From: Cetorhinus maximus
Taxonomy: Eukaryota
DNA length: 64,000 nt
Reading direction: 5' to 3'
Assembly: GCF_964194155.1 (NCBI RefSeq)
Contig: NC_135890.1
Location: 90,396,001-90,460,000, forward strand
The notes below the pieces were generated by a model that searched no databases, was not told the DNA's origin, and was given only the letters and a program-made list of their open reading frames with translations. This document shows, piece after piece, positions 13,664-25,316 of the stretch. Position 1 is the stretch's first letter. Every line of letters starts with the position of its first letter. Position numbers and translations under genes: made by a program.

Positions 13664-14446
13664 CCTCTACATTGGAGAGACTAAACGCAGACTGGGTGAC
13701 CGCTTTGCGGAACACCTTCGGTCTGTCCGCAAGCATGACCCAGATCTTCCAGTCGCTTGCCATTTCGACACACCACCCTGCTCTCATGCCCACATGTCCG
13801 TCCTTGGCCTGCTGCAATGTTCCAGTGAAGCTCAACGCAAACTGGAGGAACAACACATCATCTTCTGATTAGGCACTTTACAGCCTTCCGGACTTAACAT
13901 TGAGTTCAACTTCAGATCATGAACTCTCTCCTTCATCCTCACCCCCTTTTTTCTAATAATTATTATATATTTTTTATATGTATTTTTTTCTTTTCCCACC
14001 TATTTCTATTATTATTTTAAAAATGTATTTCCATCCATTGTTTTATCTCCACCTTTTAGCCTATTTCGATCCCTTCCCCACACCCCACCCCCACTAGGGC
14101 CATCTGTCACTTGTTCATCCTGCTTTCTACCCTTAATGTCACCATTAGCACATCCTTTAGTTAATATCACCACCGTCAACATCCCTTTGACCTTTTGTTT
14201 ATGACATCTTTGGCAATCTCCCCTTTGCCTCCACCTATCACTGGCCCTCTATCCAGCTCCACCTGTCCCAACCCCCTTAAACAGCTTATATTTCACCACA
14301 TTTATATTTCTCTTTAGTTCTGATGAAGAGTCATACAGAAACATTAACTCTGTCTTCCTCTCCACAGATGCTGTCAGGCCTGCTGAGTTTTTCCAGCAAT
14401 TTTTGTTTTTGTTTCAGATTTCCAGCATCTGCAGTATTTTGCTTTT
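13664..14446 (+). mobile_element. Penelope-like element, 5'-truncated (GIY-YIG endonuclease C-terminal part plus pseudo-LTR)
   Basis: LYIGETKRRLGDRFAEHLRSV (YIG motif); 13-bp TSD AATTCACTGTTCT at 13651-13663 and 14447-14459. Confidence 0.9.
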
Positions 14447-14759
14447 AATTCACTGTTCTGTATGCATTTACATAAAAAAGTTACCCCTGCAGAATAGGAA
14501 ATAAAAGATGCAGCTCATAAATGGGCAGAGGAAAAACAAAAAGAATTAGAAGTTCCAGTCATAGATGTTAGAAATTGCAACAGCTGGTGGTCAAAATGGA
14601 AACAGAAGAACATTGCAGAAACAAAAGAAAATCCTGACAGAAATAGACACCACTAAAATAGGAGGTATGGTAAATAATTCTGATCGCCAAATAAGCTGCT
14701 AGGGGATATTGGCAAGATGAAATAGAAGGCGGAGGATGAAATCCATTGTCAGTAAATCT

Positions 14760-15410
14760 GAGATGGTAATTTTGTTTTTAAAAATTTGAATGGGATAAAG
14801 CTAAGTGATGTGGAAGAGCAGAGAGATTTAGGGGCTCTGGTTCACCAGAGATTAAAAGCTACACATCAAGTTGAGAAGGCCATAAAAAATATGCTAAAAG
14901 AATACTTGGTTTATGGCAGGAACTTTAGATTATAAAAGTGTTATGGTGAATCTATACAACACCACATAGGATTACTTTGTGTGGTTTCATACTTTATGAT
15001 ATAGTAAGCATGTTGAGGCAATATAGAAAGTACAGCGCAGATTCACTAGGTTGCTGCCTAATGTGATGCAATATAAATATGGAACAAAACAACTTGAAAA
15101 ACTAGGGCTGCTTTTGTTGGAACAAAGGTAATTAAAAGTTGATTCGATAGAGGCATCTTATATAATGAAAGAGTGGGCCTGAATAGAAACACACTTTATC
15201 CAGGGGTTGAGGGATCTAGATATAAGATTTTGAGCAGAGAACAAAATAAACTATTTCACACAAAAGTTTGTGAGGCAGTGGAATGCAGTACCAGAGTTAT
15301 TGATAGAGGTTGAAACTATGTCAATATTTAAGAATAGATAATTGAAAGAAAGGAGAATAAGCCTGCATACCAACATGGGCTGGTTGGATTGAATGGTCTG
15401 TTTCTGTGGG
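14760..15410 (+). mobile_element. Old CR1 ORF2 3' fragment
   Basis: Decayed motifs gagagatttaggggctctggttcac (RDLG-LVH) and gtacagcgcagattcactagg (VQRRFTR). Confidence 0.6.
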
Positions 15411-15555
15411 GTGTATAATTTCTTTGCAAATGCTATGTAAATTGCAGTATCTAAGTGTTCCAGGCATATGATCTAGCCTGCAAACTTCAGAGACAGAATG
15501 ATGAAAAGTTTGCTACAGGGTTTTTTTTGGGAGTACAAAGGAAATTGAACAAAAT

Positions 15556-15661
15556 GGTTCAAGAAGGCAGCTCACCACCACCTCCTCAACAGCAATTAGG
15601 GATGGACAATAAATGCTGGCCTAGCCAGTGGTGCCCACATCCCATGAATGAATATAAAAAA
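15556..15661 (+). mobile_element. 3' tail of the SINE-headed LINE family
   Basis: ggttcaagaaggcagctcaccaccac...ggatggacaataaatgctggcctagccag...cccacatcccatgaatg matches 23228-23334. Confidence 0.8.
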
Positions 15662-16040
15662 CATTAAAAGCATAGTGCATGTCATGATTACAGACTGAAA
15701 CAAATGTTTTGGATAACATAAGATTGCTTCCTACAAAACAGTTTTCTTGAAAAAAATTTTGCAGTAGTGATTCATCATAAATCCAAAGAAGGGCCTAGAT
15801 TAGTACATGTCATACACTTAATTAACCAGCTTAACTAGAACAATGACATTGATAAATTACTCCCAAACATGTGTTTTGAAATAAAATTCCGACTCCAGTT
15901 ATTTTTCCTAGATATAATTAATCAACTCTAGATCTCTGGATTACCTTTTTGTTTTACATTTTGAGTCAACTGGTAGGAGGGTTTAAGATGTGGACTAAGA
16001 AGGAGAATTGTTACTGACCATTATCATATGCCTCTAAATA

Positions 16041-16203
16041 GAATTCCAGAGCTTAGGGCCTCGGCAGCTGAAGGCATGTCCAGTCCTGCCCATCCAGTGC
16101 TGGATATCCGACAAGCAGTCTGAAAATTTAGACACTAGGGAGGAGTTGAAAGAGGCAGTGGTAAGGTAGAGCCGGGGGTCATCAGCGTAAATGTGAAAAC
16201 TAA
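16041..16203 (-). repeat. 163-bp copy of the L2 segment at 16881-17043
   Basis: Ungapped alignment with 10 mismatches, offset exactly 840 bp. Confidence 0.9.
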
Positions 16204-16689
16204 ATGGCTAGACATTGGGAGGAGGTTAACCACATGCAATTTGTGCGTTGCTGAACAAGACCTGTATTTTATAGAGCCGAAGAAAAGATTTAACGATCAT
16301 GTTAGTAAATAAAAAAGTGCAATAAGTACAATAAAACACTATTTAAATGGTCAAATGGAATAGTCAATAGCAGTAGAGCTTGGTGAGGTTTGTAGGGGGC
16401 TTGGTGAGAATGGTGCATTTGCTTCCCATGGCATCTTGGTACCGAGCCATGACAGAGTTGTGACTGTGCACTGCACCCACTTCCCTGGTGCATTGATACA
16501 AACAGATTCACTACCACATGTAAGATCAAGTATGTCTTTTTGGAGAATGTGGTAAAAGACATCTTGGTTGCAGGTCATAAATATGGATGCCTGTAGTTCT
16601 CTTTAAAGTCTACTGAGTACAAAATTACAGAGTACAGTCTCCTTGTTGTTGCTATGATATTTTGTGTTTACAAGTTGTTGTTTTTGTCT

Positions 16690-17450
16690 CTGTATTTATA
16701 TCAATTTTAATGTAATAAAATGTCCCAAGATGCTTCACAGAAGTGGCATAAAGCAAAATTTGACTGAGCCCAAATGAGGAAATATTAGAGCAGATGGCAA
16801 AAAGCTTGGTCAAAGAGTAGGTTTTAAGCAGCATCTTAAAGGAAGAAAGGGAACTAGAGGGGAAGAGAAATTTAGAGCAGGAATTCCAGAGCTTAGGGCC
16901 TTGGCAGCTGAAGGCATGTCCAGTCCTGCTCATCCAGTGCTGGATGTCCAACAAGCAGTCTGACAATTTAGACGCTAGGGAGAAGTCGAAAGAGGCAGTG
17001 GTAAGGTAGAGCCGGAGGTCATCAGCATAAATGTGAAAACTAACTGTTTTCAGATGATATTGTCGTGGAGCAATATATAAATGAGAAATGGAAGGGGGCC
17101 AAAGATAGCTCCTTGGGATCATGAGAGGTAACAGAGGTAGAGAAACCACTGCAGGTGGTAATTTGGCTTCAATTAGATAGGTAATAGTGGAGTCAGGTGA
17201 GTAAAGTCCTATCCATCTAGACAAAGGTAGCAAGGCATTGGAGGTGAATGATGTGGTCAATTGTGTTAAGAAAGCTCGATAAGGATAAGGAGAGATCATT
17301 TACATTTGTCACATTCACATGATTTTGAAACAAGCTATTTCAGTACTGTGGCACTGAAGGAAACATGATTGTAAGGGTTCAAACATGGAGTTCTGGGAAA
17401 GACGGGCGCAGATTTGGGAAGTCACAACATGTTCAAGGAATCGTGTTTTT
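16690..17450 (-). mobile_element. L2 LINE RT and 3' fragments with internal deletions
   Basis: ORF 16652-17299 contains VSFHIYADDLRLYLTT and LSDCLLDIQHWMS (L2 RT), and GHAFSCQGPKLWNS...FKMLLKT (L2 C-terminus). Confidence 0.8.
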
Positions 17451-19708
17451 CCATGTGTAGTTTTGAAAATTATATTTCTTCTGTAAAGAAAATTACTGAT
17501 TAAATCGATTGACAATATATTTACTGAAATTACAGTTTGCTGTTAGTGAAGTTTGAAAAGTACTATACAGGTCTGTCCATAAGCACTGTTCTGAAATGCA
17601 CTGATAATTCCCAAATTGTTGTAACTGAAACAAGTCCATGAACTGATGACAAGAAAATTGTGCCATAGCTTCACATTAATGTCAACAGACTAGCAAATAT
17701 TATGATTATACCATTACCATAAAATGCTAAAATGTTAATACCCTTACCAAAGAAACTATTTACTTAAGCCATTTCCATGTCTCTGCTCCATCAGAGTTTC
17801 AAGATGGTGGACCTGACAATCTGTAGCCCTGCATTCCCACCCACCTGAATTATTTATCCCTGATTTTCTAGGAAAGATATTCGCAATTGCTTCTGTAACA
17901 GTACCTGACTGAGACGTGGAATAGAGGAAGGCAGGACCCAAATGGATTGAGGGTACATTAGCACCACTGAAATGTAAAAAAAAAACTAAATGCTTCTTTT
18001 AAAAATATAAATTCTTTTCTTTAAACTATTCTTGTTGCGGATGGATTTAGAAAGACTTTTTGTAACTACAGTTGGGGATAGCAGTACAGAAGGGTGAAAC
18101 ACAATTTCACCTCGCACATTGAGAAGTCATTTTAACAGTAGGCAGGAACAGCATTTGGGGGCCCGAAGCAGGTGATGGAACCTGAAATTGAAACATAGTG
18201 AATCTGGGACGATTTTAACTGCTAGGCCTCATTTACAAGCAGCTTGTTGGCATCCAACCAGAATGTGGCCAATACCACTAACTGGCTAATGAGCAGGAAT
18301 GGGATCTCAGGCAGCCCGAAACCATTGCCAGCGACCTGCAGGAACAGTTGCTAACACTAAAATGCTAACGCTAAAGTAGGTTGACTGAGGGAGTTGGCAG
18401 ATGATTGTGGGATTCACAGGATTTCCGGCACACAAGGCATCTTAAAAAACATGTAAAGAAACTTTCATCTTCCAGCATTCGATCCAGCTCTCGGCAGGTT
18501 TGGCCTGGCATGGAAACCACCACTGCTCCTAAGCTTATGACTCAGGTTAATTTTGCATTAAGCCTCAATGATGTCATCTGAGTTCAATTTGCATATTTAA
18601 AGAGGGACATTGCTGACTTTGGATGGATGCCCTTGCTGCTTGCAATTTAAAATAGCAGTTGTCAGATCAGGCTGGGAAACCAGTGGGTAAATCCATGCTT
18701 TACTGACCCTGACAGTTTCTGCTGTCAGGGGTTAAGATGCACCTCACAAGAGTCGGCATGAAGCTAGTAAGGCATAACATAGCTAGGTGTTCGCTACTTC
18801 AAAAATGTCCCCGAAGCCAATTTCAGGAGGGAATTTCTCCCATTTCTCAAGCTGCCATTGTACAATCCCCAAATGAGATTTTAGTTCTGATGCATCATAC
18901 TCGTGACCATAACCTATCTTTTTCTTTTCAATGTTAATTGAAATGCCCGCATTTCCAATATTTTCTTATTTAACAATGCTCCTTTTTAAAAAAATCTCTG
19001 TAAATTCAGTGGTAATTTGTGTTCAGTTTTCTGCAAAGGCTAATGCCCAGCAGAACCGTGTCAAGGTTGACTGAAAGGATACCATACTAATCCAATACAG
19101 TTCTAAATCAGAATTTCTTACTTCATATTTAAAAAGATTGAATCCCCTAACCCAATCAATTCAATCTCTTGTCCTTAGACTAACACCCAAGCACAAGGAT
19201 TGTATTCTTAAATTATCTTTCCCCAGGTCAATTCCTGTCCTCCCCACTACTAAAGAAACTGAACATTATTGTTTCACAGTCAACAGGTGCCTCTAGCCCA
19301 TGGCTGAAGACATGAGTCTAATCGTGGAGGATGAAGATATGGCAGAGATATTGGCACAGAATTTGCTGCCAAAATAGCAGCATGTTTAAGGTACATGCTG
19401 TTATTAATACGTAAATTGTCCAGCAACTTGTGGTCATGAAGAGATAATCCATAAACTGTGAATCATCACAAGTTTCTGAACTGCATTACCAGTTGTCAGA
19501 TCAGGCAACTTGACAAAACAAGGCAACTTGACCAAAATTGCTGTATTTCCACATTAATTGCCAACTGAATTTGCTGCAGGGTTGTGTTAGGATGGTAATT
19601 AACAATACAAATAGTCTTTTTAAATGACAAAATTTATGTTCCTGCATTGGAACCGCTCCAGTGCTGAAAGGGAACAAGTGAAACTGTGGAGTCTCAATCT
19701 TGCAGACA

Positions 19709-19979
19709 TAGGTCGAGTATCATTTATCCAAAACCCTTGGGGCTGATTGCTTATTGGTATTCAGATATTTTTGGTTTTCAGATCTACTGTATGTAGGGGC
19801 ATACTGACATTACAATAGTCTAAGCCTAGGTTAGCTATAGTCTACAAATACTAGGTTGTTTCTCCATTTGCTAATTCTCACACAACCTACTTTTTACCTG
19901 TTAACACTTATTACACCTGCATAGCTGTTCAAGAAAAACACTCAGTTTTTGGATGTATGGATAAAGGATACTCGACCTG
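19709..19979. mobile_element. Tc1/mariner-Tigger-type MITE (MER46-like termini)
   Basis: TIRs taggtcgagtatcatttatcc and ggataaaggatactcgacctg; followed by TA (left flank CA, probably a mutated TA). Confidence 0.75.
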
Positions 19980-20063
19980 TAGTGAATTGTTCCTAAAGAT
20001 TTTTACAAGTTTAATTTCAATTTATTTTCTTTTTATCTTACTTTTCCTTTCTGGCTCTTTTCA

Positions 20064-23000
20064 GGGGAGTCAATGGCGTAGTGGCATTGTCGCTGGACTA
20101 GTGATCCAGAGACCCAGGGTAATGCTCTGGGGACCTGGGTTTGAATCCCGCCACAGCAGATGGTGGAATTTGAATTCAATAAAAATCTGGAATTAAAGGT
20201 CTAATGATGATCGTGAAACCATTGTCGATTGTTGTAAAAACCCATCTGGTTCACTAATGTCCTTTAGGGAAGGAAATCTGAGATCCTTACCTGGTCTGGC
20301 CTACGTGTGTCTCCAGACCCACAGCAATTGGTTAACTCTTAAATGCCCTTTGAAATGGCCTAGCAAGCTACTCCGTTGTAACAAACCGCTACAAAAGTCA
20401 CAAAAAAAGGAATGAAGCTGGACAGACCACCTAGCATCGACCTAGGCACCGGAAACAAAAACGACAATCTCAGCCCCGTCGACCCTGCAAAAGTCCTCCT
20501 TATTAATACCTGAGGGCTTGTGCAAAAGAGAGCTGTCTCACAGACTAGTCAAGCAACAGCCTGACATAGTCATCTTTGCGGAATCATACCTTACAGATAA
20601 TGTCCCAGACATCACCATCACCATCCCTGGGTATGTCCTGTACCACCAGCAGGACAGACCCAGCAGAGGTGGCGGCACAGTGGCATACAATCTGGAGGGA
20701 GTTGCCCTGGGAGTCCTCAACATTGACTCCGGACCCTGTGAAGTCTCATGGCATCAGGTCAAACATGGGCAAGGAAACCTCCTGCTGGTTACCATGTACC
20801 GCCCTCCCTCAGCTGATGAATCAGTGCTCCTCCATATTGAACACCACTTGGAGGAAGCACTAAGGGTGGCAAGGGTGCAGAATGTACTCTGGATGGGGGA
20901 CTTCAATGTCCACCACCAAGAGTGGCTCAGCAGCACCACTACTGACCAAGCTGGCCGAGTCCTAAACGACAGAGCTGTTGACTGGGTCTGTGGCAGGTAG
21001 AGGGGGAACCAACAAGAGGGAAAAACATACTTGACCTCATCCTCACCAACCTACCTGCCGCAGATGCATCTCTCCATGACAGTATTGGTAGGAGTGACCA
21101 CCGCACAGTCATTGTGGACATAAAGTCCCTGCTTCACACTGAGGATACCCTCCATTGTGTTGTGTGGCACTGCCACCATGCTAAATGGGATAGATTTCGA
21201 ACAGATCTAGCAACTTACAACTGAGCCTCTACGAGGCGCTGTGGGCCATCAGCAGCAGAACTGTGCTTGAACACAATCTGTAACCTCATGGCCCGGCATA
21301 TCCCCCACTCTGCCAATACCATCAAGCCAGACGATCAACCCTGGTTCAATGAAGAGTGCAGGAGGCCATGCCAGGAGCAGGAACAGGCATACCTAAAAAT
21401 GAGTTGTCAATCTGGTGAAGCTATAACACAGACTACTTGCATGCCAAACAGCATAAGCAGCAAGTGATAGTTGGGTGATCACTTAGCCCTGTCTAACGGA
21501 TCAGATCTAAGCTCAGCAGTCCTGCCACAACCAGTCATGAATGGTGGTGGACAATTAAACAACTCACTGGAGGACGAGGCTTCACAAATATCCCCATCGT
21601 CAACGACGGAGGAGCCCAGCACATCAATGCAAAAATTAAGACTCAAGCATTTGCAACAACCTTCAGCCAGAGATGCCAAGTGGATGATCCATATCGGCCT
21701 CCTCCGGTGGTTCCCAGCATCACAGATGCCAGTCTTCAGCCAATTCGATTTACTCCACATGATATCAAGAAACGGATAAAGGCACTGGATAATGCAAAGG
21801 CAATGGGCCATGACAATATTCTGGCAATACTACTGCAGACTTGTGCTCCAGAACTTGCTGCGCACCCTAGCCAAGCTGTTCCAGTACAGCTACAACACTG
21901 GCACCTACAAATCAATGTGGAAAATTGCCCAGGTATGTCCTGTACACAAAAGGAGGACAAATCCAACCCAGCCAATTCTGCCCCATCAGTCTACTTTCAA
22001 TCATCAGTAAAGAAATGGAGGGGAGTCATCAACAGTGCTATCAAGCGACACTTGCTTAGCAATAACCTGCTCACTGACGCCCAGTTTGGGTTCCACCACA
22101 GCCATTCAGCTCCTGACCTCATTACAGCCTTGGTTCAAACATGGACAAAAGAGCTGAACTTCCAAGGTGAGGTGAGAGTTACTGCCTTTGACATCAAGGC
22201 AGCATTTGATAGTGTGACATCAAGGAACCCTAGCAAATCTGGAGTCAATGGGAATCAGGGGGGAACACTCCGCTGGTTGGAGTCATACCTAGCACAAAGG
22301 AAGGTGGCTGTGGTTGGTGGAGGTCAGTCATCTCAGCTCCAGGGCACCACTGCAGGAGTTCCTCAGGGTAGTGTCCTTGGCCCAACCATCTTCAGCTGCT
22401 TCATCAAAGACCTTCCTTCCATCATAAGGTCAGAAGTGGGGATGTTCGCTGATGATTGCACAATGTTCAGCACCATTCGTGATTCCGCAGATACTGAAGC
22501 AGTCTATGTCCAAATACAGCAAGACCTGGACAACATCTAAGCTTGGGCAAGTAACATTCGTGCCACACAAGTGTCAAGCAATGACCATCTCCAACAAGTG
22601 AGAATCCAACCATCGCCCCTTGATGTTCAATGGCATTACCATCACTGAATCACCCACTATCAACTTCCTGGGGGTTACCATTGACCAGAAACTGAACTGG
22701 ACTAGCCATGTAAATACTGTGGCTACAAGAGCAGATAAGAGGCCAGGAATAGCGCGACGAGTAACCCGCCTCCTGATCCCCAAAGCCTCTCCACCATCTA
22801 CAAGGCACAAGTCAGGAGTGTGATGGAATACTCTCCACTTGCCTGGATGAGTGCAGCTCCCACAACACTCAAGAAGCTTGACAACGTCAAGCACAAAGCA
22901 GCCCGCTTGATTGGCACCAAATCCACAAAACATTCACTCCCTCCACCACTGACGCACAGTAGCAGCAGTGTGTACCATCTACAAGGTGCACTGCAGTAAT

Positions 23001-23334
23001 TCACCAAGGATCCTTCGACAGCACCTTCCAAAGCCACAACCATTACCATCTAGAAGGACAAGGGCAGCAGATACATGGGAACACCACCAGCTGCAAGTTC
23101 CCCTCCAAGTCACTCACCATCCTGACTTGGAAATATATCGCCGTTCCTTCACTGTTGCTGGGTCAAAATTCTGAAACTCCCTTCCTAACAGCACTGTGGG
23201 TGTACCCACACTACATGGACTGCAGCGATTCAAGAAGGTAGCTCACCACCACCTTCTCAAGGGCAATAGGGATGGGCAATAAATGCTGTCCCAGCCAGCG
23301 AAGCCCACACATCCCAGGAATGATTAAAAAAAAA
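20064..23334 (+). mobile_element. Full-length single-ORF CR1-group LINE (APE + RT) with a tRNA-derived SINE head; ORF disrupted
   Basis: SINE head at 20064-20355. ATG at 20412 leads into APE (KVLLIN..., KQQPDIVIFAESYL, MYRPPS, MGDFNVHH, ILDLILTN, SDH). RT motifs QFGF, DIKAAFDSV, GVPQGSVLGPTIFSCFI, MFADD. A-rich tail ends at 23334. Confidence 0.92.
20074..20148 (+). promoter_or_regulatory. RNA polymerase III internal promoter (A box and B box) at the head of the LINE
   Basis: A box TGGCGTAGTGG 20074-20084 fits TRGCNNARYGG. B box GGTTTGAATCC 20138-20148 is GGTTCGANNCC with a CpG transition; the SINE copy near 47035 retains GGTTCGAAT. Confidence 0.75.
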
Positions 23335-24883
23335 TCTCTCTTTATTTCTATTTCTGTACTATGGTCCTTTGTGGACTATGGCTAGCTACTTACTCCACGT
23401 AACTTTAACTCAAACTATTTTCTTCTTTATTAATGTTGTTTCTTTCTCAATCCTTAAACCTCGTTGCTTAAGGAAATAGACTGTTGGCCCCGTTCACCAA
23501 TGTCCCAGATGCCATGTTGTCTTTGTCACGCCATTGCCAGCTCACACTTCCAGCAATTGATAACAATTTTTTTTTCAATCTAAAATTACATTCCAAAATC
23601 TATTTGTCTCTCCTACATTAAGAATCTTCTCATAACCTACCTCTTTAACCACCCATCCTAATATTTCCTCCTTTGATTTTGGTGCCAATTTTTGTCTAAA
23701 TATGCTTCTTCAAAGTGCTTGTGATGTTCTTCTACTTTAAAAATATTGTGAAAATGTAAGTTATTGTAATGTAAGCTCAGGAAGCCAAAGACCGGTTACT
23801 GGAATGGGCAAACAGCTGGCAGATGCAATGTGGCTAACTGTGAGGCCGAAGGAAAACCAAGGTTGAGGGTACACTTAATTTTAAGACACTGAAGGATGTA
23901 GATGAACAGATGAATCTGGGGATAAAATGTATAATTCCTCCTGTGAAGTGCCTTGGGAGGTTTTATTGCATTAAAACTGCAATATAAATACAAGTTGTTG
24001 TTGAAAGTTTGAGTGCAGGTAGATAAAGCCATTAAAATGCCCAATAGAATTTTGTGTTTTATAAATAGGAGAAAAGTGCAATGATTAATTTATTAAAAAA
24101 ACATTGGTTAAGACATAGTTAGAGTCCAAATTTAGGCATCATAGAAAAGATATTAAAGCCACCAAAAGCAGACAGAGTAGATTCATTAGGCTAATGCAGG
24201 GATGGCGAAATACAGATGAGGAGAGAACTGAGACACAGGTTATTTCCAGTGAATATCACCAGGAATATAGTTAGAAATAATACAATAGGCCTTTATGCAA
24301 CAGATGGTTAATGATTGATAGCAACTAGTTTTATATAGGTGAAAGTATAGGGATACTAGATAAGCATTGAAAGAACAATGAGTCACAATAAAACCTGACC
24401 CTATCTCTAAATAGGAGGGAAGAGTTGTCCCCTAAAACCTGTCAAATCCCAAAGAAAACAACATAAATCTCTTCAATATGATGTTGAAGCAGCTATTAAA
24501 TCATAGCAACTGCAGTACACTATTGTCTTCCTTATTAATAAATTCAGTATTGAAGACACTAACAATCTGAAAAACAAGCTGCAAGTTATGATCTGGAATG
24601 CACTGCCTGAAAGGATGGTGGAAGCACATTCAATAATGACAACTGGATAAATGCTTGAAGGAGCAAATGTTGCAGTGCAAGGAGAATCGAACTGATTGGA
24701 TAGTTCTTTCAAAGGGCCAGCAAAGGCAGGATGGACCAAATGGCCTCCTTGTGTACTATATCTCTCTGATGCAAGGTAAGGAATGGTAAAGATTGCTGAG
24801 GTTTTTTAAGAGTGTATCATCCCCACACCCTCCTCCCAAACCTGCAATATATGTAATCTCCCCCAGCCCGCTCTGCACCATCA

Positions 24884-24918
24884 GTTCTGACGAAAGGTCA
24901 CGGACCTGAAACGTTAAC
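24884..24918 (+). ncRNA. Minimal hammerhead-ribozyme-like motif in a Penelope pseudo-LTR fragment
   Basis: GTT-CTGACGA-A-AGGTC-acg-GACCT-GAAAC-GTT-AAC: core boxes, 5-bp stem II, palindromic ACGT stem III, and short stem I GTT/AAC. Confidence 0.55.
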
Positions 24919-25210
24919 CCTTCCTCCACAGATGCTACCTGAACTGATGTGTGTTTCCAGAACATTCTGTTTTTATTTGCTGTTCGACACTAAGCCCGTT
25001 GACCGCCCGTGCGATAAAGCAGAATCCGGTGAGTTTTCGCTGTATTTTGAGAAGATCACACAGACACTACAGGGAGCAGAGAATCGGAGGCAACTTGATG
25101 CAATGAAACGGAAAAACAAGATGCAGAAAGGGACAACAGCCACCGGGGGCCAAGAAAGTTGCATCCCTTAAAACTCTGACATTAAAAGTATAACAGATCA
25201 TAATGCCTAC

Positions 25211-25316
25211 TTTCGTTAGGGATTTCGTCTCTGTCATGGTCGGCGTTGATCCCCGTGTTGTCTTCTGTCAAGATTAAAGGGACATCATCGTCCACGGGGA
25301 GTGCCACCGCCATCAT
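25211..25316 (-). CDS. TPCN1: Two-pore channel 1, first coding exon (rest of gene presumably left of the window)
   Basis: MMAVALPVDDDVPLILTEDNTG... matches the TPC1 N-terminus (human MAVSLDDDVPLILT, containing a [DE]xxxL[LI] sorting motif). Phase-1 donor A|gtaggc. Head-to-head with IQCD as in mammals. Confidence 0.88.

Noticed and set aside
20064-20160. Possible tRNA gene (also at 26163, 36540-36615 and 46962)
   Set aside because: A and B boxes are present, but each continues into a SINE body and I cannot fold a proper cloverleaf.
22950-22952. TGA shared by three LINE copies (caccacTGA)
   Set aside because: The minus copy has CGA, so recurrent CpG deamination explains it.
1-25210. Further TPCN1 coding exons (e.g. 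the NWEMNYQEAAIYLQ exon)
   Set aside because: Not found by eye; the intron is probably longer than 25 kb, though a diverged small exon could have been missed.
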